A stretch of DNA of 64,000 nt. Source: an uncultured Clostridia bacterium. Its GTDB lineage: Bacteria; Bacillota; Clostridia; TANB77; CAG-508. The stretch covers positions 341,501-405,500 of the forward strand of contig CAKPIK010000001.1 of assembly GCA_934162365.1 (NCBI GenBank). The letters run 5' to 3'. The position numbers were made by a program, and so were the translations under genes. Shown here piece after piece: positions 51,006 through 59,538 of this stretch. Numbering within the stretch: position 1 is the stretch's first letter; the number at the start of each line of letters is the position of its first letter. Under the pieces are notes generated by a model. It was given only the letters and a program-made list of their open reading frames with translations. It searched no databases and was not told the DNA's origin.

Positions 51006-51590
51006 TGATGGTGCATTATTCTAGTAATCTTGTCTATTATGAGGGTGGGGCTAAAAATCCACTAAAAGGCACATCTATGAAGCTTGTTATAAATGCGCGA
51101 AACGCCCAGTTTTGTGTGTTTATAGGGAGAAAGAATATAGGAAGGTATATAATGGCATATATATTAATTCCTATATTCGTTGAGACTTGAAAAAATATTT
51201 TTAAGTGTAACCTATGCAAAGTGCCAAGACACAATGCATAGAGTAGCCTGTCTTGAGTGATGACTTCGGGATTAGTGAAAAAAATATAAAATTTAGTGGC
51301 CATAAATCTTATATTTGTTGCTATGAAATTATTATTGCAAAAGAGACTAATGATAGTAAACAAGATTTCAAGGAAAACTTCTAGAATGTTTGTTTTATTA
51401 CAAGGAAGTTTAGAGATTGTGGTACGGATTTGAGTGGCGATCTAGTTTTCAAAAAATATTTTGAGTATTTTCTTTAAATGGAAACGGCCAAACAGTAATG
51501 TAAGGTAGAAAATAGAGAAATTCTACTAGACCTAAACCGTAAAATTTATCTAAACTTTTACCATCTATATAATATTTTAATTAATAAATG
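51006..51590 (+). ncRNA. large structured RNA, probably OLE RNA
   Basis: ~590 nt with no credible ORF or RBS. G+C looks higher than in the flanks. Stable loop motifs: C(UUCG)G at 51264-51269 and GCG-CGAAA-CGC at 51095-51105. It sits immediately upstream of a 4-TM OapA-like gene. The family call rests on size and context, not on a consensus match. Confidence 0.55.
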
Positions 51591-51599
51591 AGGTAAAAA

Positions 51600-52130
51600 T
51601 TGAAAAGAGATAAAAGAGAAAAATGGAAATATTCATGGGCTGTTCAAGTATTAGGAATTACATTTGGACTATCCTTGTTATTTTCATTTTTATCAACTAA
51701 TGCGATAAATAAATTAGGATTAATACCAGCATTGATAATTCTTTTACTGGTTATATTACTTGGAGTAATTACAGATATTATAGGTGTAGCTGTAACAGTT
51801 GGAAGTGAAGAAGATTTCCACGCAAAAGCAAGTAAAAAAATTAAAGGCGCCAAATCTTCAATAAAACTAATTAGAAATTCTGCTAAAGTTGCAAATATCT
51901 GTTGTGATGTTATAGGAGATATTTGTGGAGTACTAAGTGGAGCAATTAGTGCAATGATTGCAGTAAAAATAACCAATATGTTGAATGTACAAGTAAACAC
52001 AGACTTTTTAATAAGTGCTGTGGTTGCGGCTGTAACAGTTGGATCAAAAGCTGCGGGAAAAGTAATAGCACAAGAACATTCAACAAATATTGTACATATA
52101 GTTGGAAGAATTTTAAATTTTAAACAGTAA
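51600..52130 (+). CDS. oapA: OapA-like (OLE-associated) small membrane protein
   Basis: 176 aa with basic N-terminus MKRDKREKWKY, four predicted TM helices and an intramembrane DVIGD (DxxxD). TTG start behind a GAGG RBS. Confidence 0.5.
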   Translation: MKRDKREKWKYSWAVQVLGITFGLSLLFSFLSTNAINKLGLIPALIILLLVILLGVITDIIGVAVTVGSEEDFHAKASKKIKGAKSSIKLIRNSAKVANICCDVIGDICGVLSGAISAMIAVKITNMLNVQVNTDFLISAVVAAVTVGSKAAGKVIAQEHSTNIVHIVGRILNFKQ

Positions 52131-52163
52131 ATTAATAATAATATAAAAAGGAGAAAAAATATT

Positions 52164-53312
52164 ATGCAAGAACTTAGATATCCGGATTATAATAATAGCA
52201 TTTTAAATCTTATTACATCAATACTAAAATACTATAATGTTGAAACTAAACACGATTCACTAAAAGTACTAGATGAAAAACTGGAAAAGAAGTATAGAAA
52301 TATTGTATTTATTGTGTTAGATGGAATGGGAGAACATATATTAAAATCAATATCTCCAAATGGGTATTTTATGAAAAATAATATAAAATGTATAACGTCA
52401 GTTTTCCCATCTACAACAACAGCAGCACTTACTACATATTATTCAGGAAAACCGCCATTTGAAAGTGGATGGATTGCTTGGTCACAATATTTTAAAGAAT
52501 ATGGAAGAGCAATTGATATGCTTTCTCATAAAGAATCATATTTAAAAGAAGATATATCAAAAGCTAAGATTAATGTATTTGAAAGCGTTGTGAATTATGA
52601 ACCTATATTTAACCGCATAGAAAATGCTTCTAAAGAAACAAAAGCATATGAAATTACACCTGAATATTCTGATAGGAGATCAAAGAGAAGTTTAAGAGCC
52701 AACAACTTAACAGAAATTTGTGACAACATAAAATTAATATGTAAAAATAAAGATGAAAATAATTTTATATTTGCATATTCAGATAATCCTGATGGACTTT
52801 TACATAAATATGGGTGTGCATCTCAAGAAGCTAAAGAAATGGTAATAGATGCAGAAAAACAAATAGAAAAATTAAGGGAAGAACTTCCAGAAGACACCTT
52901 AATAATTATTTCTGCTGATCATGGACATAAAGATATAACTAAGGTATACGATTTGTTAGAATATCCACAGATTCAGGACTGTTTAATAATGCCGGCATCC
53001 TTAGAATCTAGAGCTATTGCATTTTGGGTAAAAGAAGATAAAAAACAAGAATTTGAGAAACTGTTTAATAAGGAATTTTCTGAAGACTTTTTATTACTTT
53101 CAAAAGAAGAAGTATTAAAAAAACATATACTTGGATATGGAGACAAGCACAAAAAAATAGATGATTTTATAGGGGATTATTTGGCGATTTCAATTTCAAA
53201 TTCAATAATTAGATTACAAACATATTTAGCAGATGGAAAACCTGTAAAAAAATCAACACATTGTGGTTTAACCAAAGAAGAAATGGAAGTTCCATTAATA
53301 GTAATTGAATAG
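52164..53312 (+). CDS. alkaline-phosphatase-superfamily phosphodiesterase/pyrophosphatase-like protein
   Basis: VFIVLDGMGEH...FPSTTTAALTT...SADHGH metal and nucleophile motifs. Confidence 0.55.
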   Translation: MQELRYPDYNNSILNLITSILKYYNVETKHDSLKVLDEKLEKKYRNIVFIVLDGMGEHILKSISPNGYFMKNNIKCITSVFPSTTTAALTTYYSGKPPFESGWIAWSQYFKEYGRAIDMLSHKESYLKEDISKAKINVFESVVNYEPIFNRIENASKETKAYEITPEYSDRRSKRSLRANNLTEICDNIKLICKNKDENNFIFAYSDNPDGLLHKYGCASQEAKEMVIDAEKQIEKLREELPEDTLIIISADHGHKDITKVYDLLEYPQIQDCLIMPASLESRAIAFWVKEDKKQEFEKLFNKEFSEDFLLLSKEEVLKKHILGYGDKHKKIDDFIGDYLAISISNSIIRLQTYLADGKPVKKSTHCGLTKEEMEVPLIVIE

Positions 53313-53592
53313 ATTATATAAAAGATAAAGAGTTCAATAATTTTAATTATTGAACTTTTTATTTATTATATTTTCAATATAATTTTTGTCATCCATATGC
53401 ATAAAAATTATATCTATGCCATTTTGTTTTAAATCACATAAAACATCTACTATATAAATTTTAGACTTGCAATAAATTGTTACATTAATAAGAGACTTAT
53501 GCTTAAAATGATATCAAATTGACATAAAACACAAAAAATGATATAATAAAATTATTCAAACAGTTGAATTCATTACTTAAGGAGGAAAAATT

Positions 53593-54642
53593 ATGAAACA
53601 GACTAGAAAAATATTTCTGTTACATGGAGAGGAAAGTGAGGTACGGAAAGTTTTAGATTTTATTAATCATTACGAAGCGGTTATTGCTTTGAATGATGGT
53701 TCTGAAGTCGATAATGTCCTTAGCTACAATAAAAATGTAGCAATAAGAAGCATTGTTACTCCAGAGGAAAATTTGGAAAGAGGATTTATTCCAATCTTTG
53801 TTGGGGACAATATTGATGAATCCAATATTATAATCCCAAATGAAGAAATTGGACCTCAATTCGAAGAAATTGCAATGAAGTACGATATTGACATTGGAGA
53901 TTTTATTCCGGATGGAAAAATCAAACAACCAACCAAAAGAGATTGCATACTTTGCAAGATCTATGATGGACGGAAGAATCAAAACAAAAAACCAATGGAT
54001 ATGGTTATATATGAAAGTGAAAACTTTTATGTATGCCCTGCAAAAGGAGCTATGGTTAAAGGATATTTAATGATATGCCCCAAAGATCACATTCTTTCTT
54101 GTGCTGCATTGTCTAAAGAACATCAAAAAGAATTAAAAATGGTAATACTTGATATTCATTTTATTTTAACTGAAATATATCATGAAAACATTATGATGTT
54201 CGAACATGGCTCAGGAGAAGAAGGAAAATGCAAACATGAGAAATCGATAGTTCATGCACATTTGCACATTCTTCCCACCAATATCAGAATCTCTGAAGAA
54301 CAAAGAAATATGATATCCATGAATGAGATTACTTTTGATGAACTTCATCAGTACGAAAGAGATCCATATTTCTTATACTTCGAAAAAGAATTTATGTATA
54401 TTACAGCAGATCCTGAAATATACATTCCTAGACAGTATGCAAGACAAATTATTGCAGAAGAACTGGGAATAAAAGGAGAATTATGGAATTGGCGCAAAAA
54501 TGATTTTAAATCTAAAATCAACGATACTCTTATGGATATTGCAGAATATCTGAAAATGAATAACTTCCGCCTTCCTATTCAGATAAGAAATAGAACGGCA
54601 GACTTCTTGACTGAAATGTCAAAAAGAAATGATGTTTTGTAA
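53593..54642 (+). CDS. HIT-superfamily protein with unique N- and C-terminal extensions
   Basis: Histidine triad SIVHAHLHILP preceded by CILCKI...FYVCPAKGAMVKGYLMICPKDH. About 110 aa of unrecognised N-terminal sequence. Own TTGACA-17-TATAAT promoter and terminator. Confidence 0.6.
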   Translation: MKQTRKIFLLHGEESEVRKVLDFINHYEAVIALNDGSEVDNVLSYNKNVAIRSIVTPEENLERGFIPIFVGDNIDESNIIIPNEEIGPQFEEIAMKYDIDIGDFIPDGKIKQPTKRDCILCKIYDGRKNQNKKPMDMVIYESENFYVCPAKGAMVKGYLMICPKDHILSCAALSKEHQKELKMVILDIHFILTEIYHENIMMFEHGSGEEGKCKHEKSIVHAHLHILPTNIRISEEQRNMISMNEITFDELHQYERDPYFLYFEKEFMYITADPEIYIPRQYARQIIAEELGIKGELWNWRKNDFKSKINDTLMDIAEYLKMNNFRLPIQIRNRTADFLTEMSKRNDVL

Positions 54643-54767
54643 TTGACACAAGGAAAAGAAACCAATAAAATCTAATTAGATTTATTGGTTTCTTTTTTTA
54701 ATAAATTTTATGCAAATATAATCAATAAAAAATAAAAAAATGGTAAAAATAATATCCAGAGGAGAAA

Positions 54768-55415
54768 ATGATGAAAAAAATCTTATGGATATTATTTTTT
54801 ATTTTGATAATTGGAGCTGTGACATTTGCAATTTATAAAAATAGTAATAAACAAATTGCTACTGAGAATAAAAATGAATATGTTGCTCAAAGAGTTGATA
54901 CAACAATAAAAAACGAAAATATACCAAATAATTTAAATGAACAAACAAAAGAAGAAAAAAATGAAGAAGAATTATCAGAGTTCTCAACTAAATTACCCAA
55001 AGACACAAAAGAAAGATATTCTAACATAGAATTGGCATGTGATACATTAAATGGAACAATAATAAAAGCTGGAGATACGTTTTCTTTATGGAATGAATTA
55101 GGGTGTCCAACAGAAGAAAAAGGATATAGAAAAGCAAAGGCTTTTACACCAGATGGTGGAGTTAAAAAAAGTTATGGTGGAGGAATATGTCAAGTTAGTA
55201 CAACAATATATAATGCTGTATTAGAAGTAGAAGGGTTAGAAGTAAAAGAAAGACATGAACATAGTAGAGATGTTGTATATATAAAAGATGGTAAAGATGC
55301 AGCAGTATCATATAAATCTGCAGATTTAAAATTTAAGAATACTTTAGATTATGATGTTAAGTTAGAAGCAAAAGTTGAAAACAACAAAGTTAAAATAAAA
55401 TTAATAAGAATATAG
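54768..55415 (+). CDS. VanW family protein
   Basis: N-terminal TM helix. GGGICQVSTTIYNAVLEVEGLEVKERHEHS... Confidence 0.8.
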   Translation: MMKKILWILFFILIIGAVTFAIYKNSNKQIATENKNEYVAQRVDTTIKNENIPNNLNEQTKEEKNEEELSEFSTKLPKDTKERYSNIELACDTLNGTIIKAGDTFSLWNELGCPTEEKGYRKAKAFTPDGGVKKSYGGGICQVSTTIYNAVLEVEGLEVKERHEHSRDVVYIKDGKDAAVSYKSADLKFKNTLDYDVKLEAKVENNKVKIKLIRI

Positions 55416-55510
55416 TACTAAATAAAGAATATAATTGTTATAAATCAGTATTTTGAGTTTATATTTAAAATAAAAAAATTAAATATAAATTTGTAAATTG
55501 GAGGAGATTT

Positions 55511-56740
55511 ATGAAAAGTAGAGCAATTATATTCTTTATTATTTTTTTAATGTTAATATCTTCTATATGCTTTGCAACTGATGCAATATTTACATGGTCT
55601 AACAACACTACTAAAGTAAATACAAATAACAATGTTTTGCAAACAGTAGCTGATGCAAAAGAAGAAAACTCACTTAAGCTAGAATCAGGAGCTGCTATAT
55701 TAATAGAACAAACAACAGGTAAAATTCTTTATGCACATAATATTCATGAACAACTAAGACCAGCAAGTGTAACTAAAGTTATGAGTATCTTATTAATTAT
55801 GGAAGCAATAGACAGTGGAAAAATTACATATGAAGATACAATTCCATGTAGTGAAAATGCACATTCTATGGGAGGTTCGCAAATTTGGCTAGATACAACA
55901 GAAAACTTAACAGTAAGAGATATGCTAAAATCAATATGCGTTGTGTCTGCAAATGATTGTACAGTCGCAATGGCGGAATATTTAGCAGGCTCAGAAGAAT
56001 CTTTTGTACAAATGATGAATGCGAAAGCAAAACAATTAGGGATGAATGATACATGTTTTAAGAATTGTCATGGAATAGATGAAGATGGTCATGTGACTTC
56101 AGCATACGACATTGCAGTAATGTCTAGAGAATTATTAAACAATCATCCAAGCATAACAGAATTTACAACAATATGGATGGATTCAATAAGAGATGGAAAA
56201 TCAAGTTTAGTAAATACAAATAAATTAATACGAAACTATAAAGGTGCAACAGGATTAAAAACAGGTTCAACCTCAGTAGCTTTATATAATTTATCTGCAT
56301 CAGCAACAAGAGATGGCTTAAGTTTAATAGGAGTAATAATGAAAGCACCAACTACTAAAATAAGATTTGCAGAAGCAACAAAACTATTAGATTATGGATT
56401 CGCAAATTATACAAGTAAAAGCTTTGGAAATAAAGGTGATGTAATAATCACTGCAAATGTAAATAAAGGAATTGAACCACAGGTAAATTTACTTTTAGAA
56501 AAAGATGCAGCGGTATTGATAAAAAAAGGCGATACAGGTAATATAACACAAGAAATTACAACGAATGAAAATATAACAGCACCAATCTGCAAAGGTGATG
56601 TATTAGGAAAAATTACTTATAAATCAGGAGACGATACAATATTAGAAATCAATTTAGTAGCAGAATCAGATATTGCTAAAAGTAACATGTGGAATATAAC
56701 AACAAACTTATATTTAAAGTGGTTTAATTTATGTAGATAA
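55511..56740 (+). CDS. D-alanyl-D-alanine carboxypeptidase (PBP5-type)
   Basis: Signal peptide, SxxK (PASVTKVMS), SAN (VSANDC) and KTGS motifs, plus the C-terminal PBP5 domain. Confidence 0.9.
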   Translation: MKSRAIIFFIIFLMLISSICFATDAIFTWSNNTTKVNTNNNVLQTVADAKEENSLKLESGAAILIEQTTGKILYAHNIHEQLRPASVTKVMSILLIMEAIDSGKITYEDTIPCSENAHSMGGSQIWLDTTENLTVRDMLKSICVVSANDCTVAMAEYLAGSEESFVQMMNAKAKQLGMNDTCFKNCHGIDEDGHVTSAYDIAVMSRELLNNHPSITEFTTIWMDSIRDGKSSLVNTNKLIRNYKGATGLKTGSTSVALYNLSASATRDGLSLIGVIMKAPTTKIRFAEATKLLDYGFANYTSKSFGNKGDVIITANVNKGIEPQVNLLLEKDAAVLIKKGDTGNITQEITTNENITAPICKGDVLGKITYKSGDDTILEINLVAESDIAKSNMWNITTNLYLKWFNLCR

Positions 56741-56812
56741 TACCTTTTTCTTGACAAAAATTAAAAATGTAGTATAATTAAATAGTAATTTATTTCAAAT
56801 TAGGAGTAAAAT

Positions 56813-56959
56813 ATGATAGCGAAATATTGGAAAAAAATTGGACTAATTATATTAATAATAGCTTGTTTATTTAATATTGTTTCTAAAATTGTAAAAAGAA
56901 CAACATTAAAAGAACAACTAATTGATACAGTAAAATATGTAATGAATCAAGAAAAATAA
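56813..56959 (+). CDS. small membrane protein (48 aa), not in the ORF track
   Basis: AGGAG RBS 6 nt before the ATG. MIAKYWKKIGLIILIIACLFNIVSKIVKRTTLKEQLIDTVKYVMNQEK, with one TM helix. Confidence 0.45.
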   Translation: MIAKYWKKIGLIILIIACLFNIVSKIVKRTTLKEQLIDTVKYVMNQEK

Positions 56960-57065
56960 GAAAAAAATTATTTATAATAATGAAAAAAGCTTGAAAAAAA
57001 TAATAATATATGATAAAATATAAAACGATATTTTTTAATACGATTAAGAAAGAGGTGAATACATA

Positions 57066-57266
57066 ATGAAAGCAGAATTACACCCAGAATTTAAAGAAGC
57101 AACAATTACATGTGCTTGCGGAAATGTAATAAAAACAAAATCAACAAAAAGTGATATAAAGGTTGACGTTTGTTCAAAATGTCACCCATTTTGGACAGGA
57201 AGCTTAAAACAAAATACAACAGGTGGTAGAGCAGATAAGTTTAAGAAAAAATATGGAATACAATAA
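57066..57266 (+). CDS. rpmE: 50S ribosomal protein L31 (Zn-ribbon type A)
   Basis: [20 protein letters not shown]...[10 protein letters not shown]. Confidence 0.95.
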   Translation: MKAELHPEFKEATITCACGNVIKTKSTKSDIKVDVCSKCHPFWTGSLKQNTTGGRADKFKKKYGIQ

Positions 57267-57330
57267 TAAAAAAGCTACAAAAGTAGCTTTTTTTATTATT
57301 TATTAACTGTACTTTAACTTTCAAATAAAG

Positions 57331-57585
57331 TTGACAGATTCTAAAATATGTTGTATAATATTAAACAGTGATTACCAATAAGTGGTAAAGAAGAGATTTA
57401 GTTTAAATAAAAACATATTAGATGAATAAAAGAGATAAGCGGAAACATTTGAAGATAAAGTATAGAAAAAGATATGTATTGTTCGAATTATAAATATATA
57501 TCTTACTATATTGTTATAAATAAATATATAATTTTTCTTTTGTAAAAGTAGTTTAATATGTTTAAACTACTTTTTATTATTTTTA
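57331..57585 (+). promoter_or_regulatory. promoter + ~200-nt leader + intrinsic terminator upstream of rnj
   Basis: TTGACA (57331-57336), 17-nt spacer, TATAAT (57354-57359). Terminator AAAGTAGTTTAA-tatg-TTTAAACTACTTT (57545-57573) followed by T-rich sequence, ~20 nt before the rnj RBS. Confidence 0.5.
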
Positions 57586-57606
57586 ACTTTAAGGAAAGGA
57601 AGAAAA

Positions 57607-59454
57607 ATGGAAGATTTAAAAAATAATACTGAAAACGTAGAAGAAAAATCTACAACAAATCAAAAAAGAAGAGCACCATATAGAAAAAACTATAGAAAAG
57701 ATGGTGTAAAAAAAGAAAATAAAGTAACAGAAAGAAAAGAGAATACAAAGAAGGGAAAACAAAATAAAGCATCTAATCAAGATTTAGAGGTTAAGTTTAA
57801 AAAAAGCCCAGTAAAAATAATACCTTTAGGGGGATTATTAGAAATAGGAAAAAATATTACAGTCTTTGAATATGAAAATGAAATGATTATTGTTGACTGT
57901 GGTTTGGCATTTCCAGAAGATGATATGCTTGGGGTTGATTTAGTTATACCAGATATTTCATATTTGGAAAGAAACAAAGAAAAAATTAAAGGAATGGTTA
58001 TAACTCATGGACATGAAGATCATATAGGAGCAATACCATATTTCTTAAAACAAATAAATGTACCAATTTATGCAACTAAATTAACAGCAGGATTAATAAG
58101 AAATAAATTAGAAGAGCATAAATTATTAAGAAGTACAAAGCTAAAAATAGTAAATCAAGGCGATAAAATTAATCTTGGAAAAATGAAAGTGGAATTTATA
58201 AGAAGTTGCCATAGTATACCAGATTCTGTTGCCCTTGCTATTCATACACCAGCAGGTGTAATTGTTCATACAGGAGACTTTAAAATTGATTATACTCCAA
58301 TAGACAATGAAAGAATGGATTTTGGTAGACTTGCTGAACTTGGAAATAAAGGTGTTTTAGCTTTACTTTCAGATAGCACAAACTCAGAAAGAAAAGGCTA
58401 CACAATGTCTGAAAGTACAGTTGGAGAAGTATTTGATAAATTATTCTTAAATTGTTCTAAAAGAATTGTTGTTGCAACATTTGCATCTAATATTCACAGA
58501 ATCCAACAAATTGTAAATTCAGCTGTTAAATATAATAGAAAAGTTTCCGTTTGTGGAAGAAGTATGATAAATGTAATAAAAACAGCAATGGAATTAGGCT
58601 ATATAGATGTACCAGATAATACTTTTATAGATATAGACATGATAAAAGACTATACAGATGAACAATTAGTAATCTTAACAACAGGAAGTCAAGGAGAAGC
58701 AATGTCTGCTTTAACAAGAATGGCATCTGGTGAACACAGAAAGGTTGAAATTACACCAAACGACTTAATTATAATATCTGCAAATCCAATACCAGGAAAT
58801 GAAAAATATGTATCTAAAGTAATAGACGACTTAATGCAAATAGGAGCAGAAGTTGTATATAGTTCTTTAGCTGATATACATGTATCAGGACATGCATGTC
58901 AAGAAGAACAAAAATTAATGCTATCATTAATTAGACCAAAATATTTCTTACCAGTACATGGCGAATATAGACAACTTATGGCACACGCAAAAACTGCAGT
59001 AAGTGTTGGAATTCCACCAGAAAATATATTTATAATGAACAATGGTAGAGTAATGGAAATTAGTGAAAATAGTGCTAAAATGGTTGGAACAGTACAATCA
59101 GGAAGAGTACTAGTAGACGGGCTAGGAGTTGGTGATGTTGGAAGCATTGTTTTAAGAGATAGACAACATTTATCACAAGATGGTTTGATTATTGTAGTTA
59201 TAACAATGGACCAAAATGGAGAAGTTGTTTCAGGACCAGAAATAATATCAAGAGGATTTGTATATGTACGTGAATCTGAAAACTTAATGGATGATGTAAA
59301 GAAAACAGTTCAAAGAGAATTAGATAAATGTGCAAATAAAGGAATTAAAGATTGGTCTGGAATCAAATCAAATTTAAAAGACGGTTTAAGAGACTATATA
59401 TTTGCAAAAACAAAAAGAAACCCAATGATATTGCCTATTATTACAGAGGTATAG
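57607..59454 (+). CDS. rnj: ribonuclease J
   Basis: Metallo-beta-lactamase HGHEDHIG, beta-CASP and C-terminal domains. Lys/Arg-rich ~60-aa N-terminal extension. Confidence 0.95.
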   Translation: MEDLKNNTENVEEKSTTNQKRRAPYRKNYRKDGVKKENKVTERKENTKKGKQNKASNQDLEVKFKKSPVKIIPLGGLLEIGKNITVFEYENEMIIVDCGLAFPEDDMLGVDLVIPDISYLERNKEKIKGMVITHGHEDHIGAIPYFLKQINVPIYATKLTAGLIRNKLEEHKLLRSTKLKIVNQGDKINLGKMKVEFIRSCHSIPDSVALAIHTPAGVIVHTGDFKIDYTPIDNERMDFGRLAELGNKGVLALLSDSTNSERKGYTMSESTVGEVFDKLFLNCSKRIVVATFASNIHRIQQIVNSAVKYNRKVSVCGRSMINVIKTAMELGYIDVPDNTFIDIDMIKDYTDEQLVILTTGSQGEAMSALTRMASGEHRKVEITPNDLIIISANPIPGNEKYVSKVIDDLMQIGAEVVYSSLADIHVSGHACQEEQKLMLSLIRPKYFLPVHGEYRQLMAHAKTAVSVGIPPENIFIMNNGRVMEISENSAKMVGTVQSGRVLVDGLGVGDVGSIVLRDRQHLSQDGLIIVVITMDQNGEVVSGPEIISRGFVYVRESENLMDDVKKTVQRELDKCANKGIKDWSGIKSNLKDGLRDYIFAKTKRNPMILPIITEV

Positions 59455-59538
59455 AACTAGTAATTTACAAAGCAAATTACTGGTGAATATTTAATCTTAA
59501 TAGCTAATTATTAAATGATTATAAAGGAGAGAAATAAA

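Noticed and set aside
51005-51363. Track ORFs 51005..51190 (+) and 51037..51363 (-) as protein genes.
   Set aside because: They have no RBS and an odd composition, they overlap each other, and they lie inside a region better explained as a structured RNA.
51006-51590. RNase P RNA, tmRNA, SRP RNA or 6S RNA as the identity of the large non-coding region.
   Set aside because: I could not find the hallmark motifs: no GAGGAAAGUCC-type P4 sequence, no tRNA-like GGGG...CCACCA ends, and no SRP GGAA/AGCA loop context. The ~590-nt size and the downstream 4-TM gene fit OLE better.
53361-53515. The minus-strand ~55-codon ORF fragment as a functional gene.
   Set aside because: It has no start codon or RBS, and no recognisable family. 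I treat it as a possible remnant only.
59455-59538. A T-box leader upstream of gltX.
   Set aside because: The intergenic gap is only ~80 nt, with no specifier-loop or T-box sequence and no terminator/antiterminator pair.
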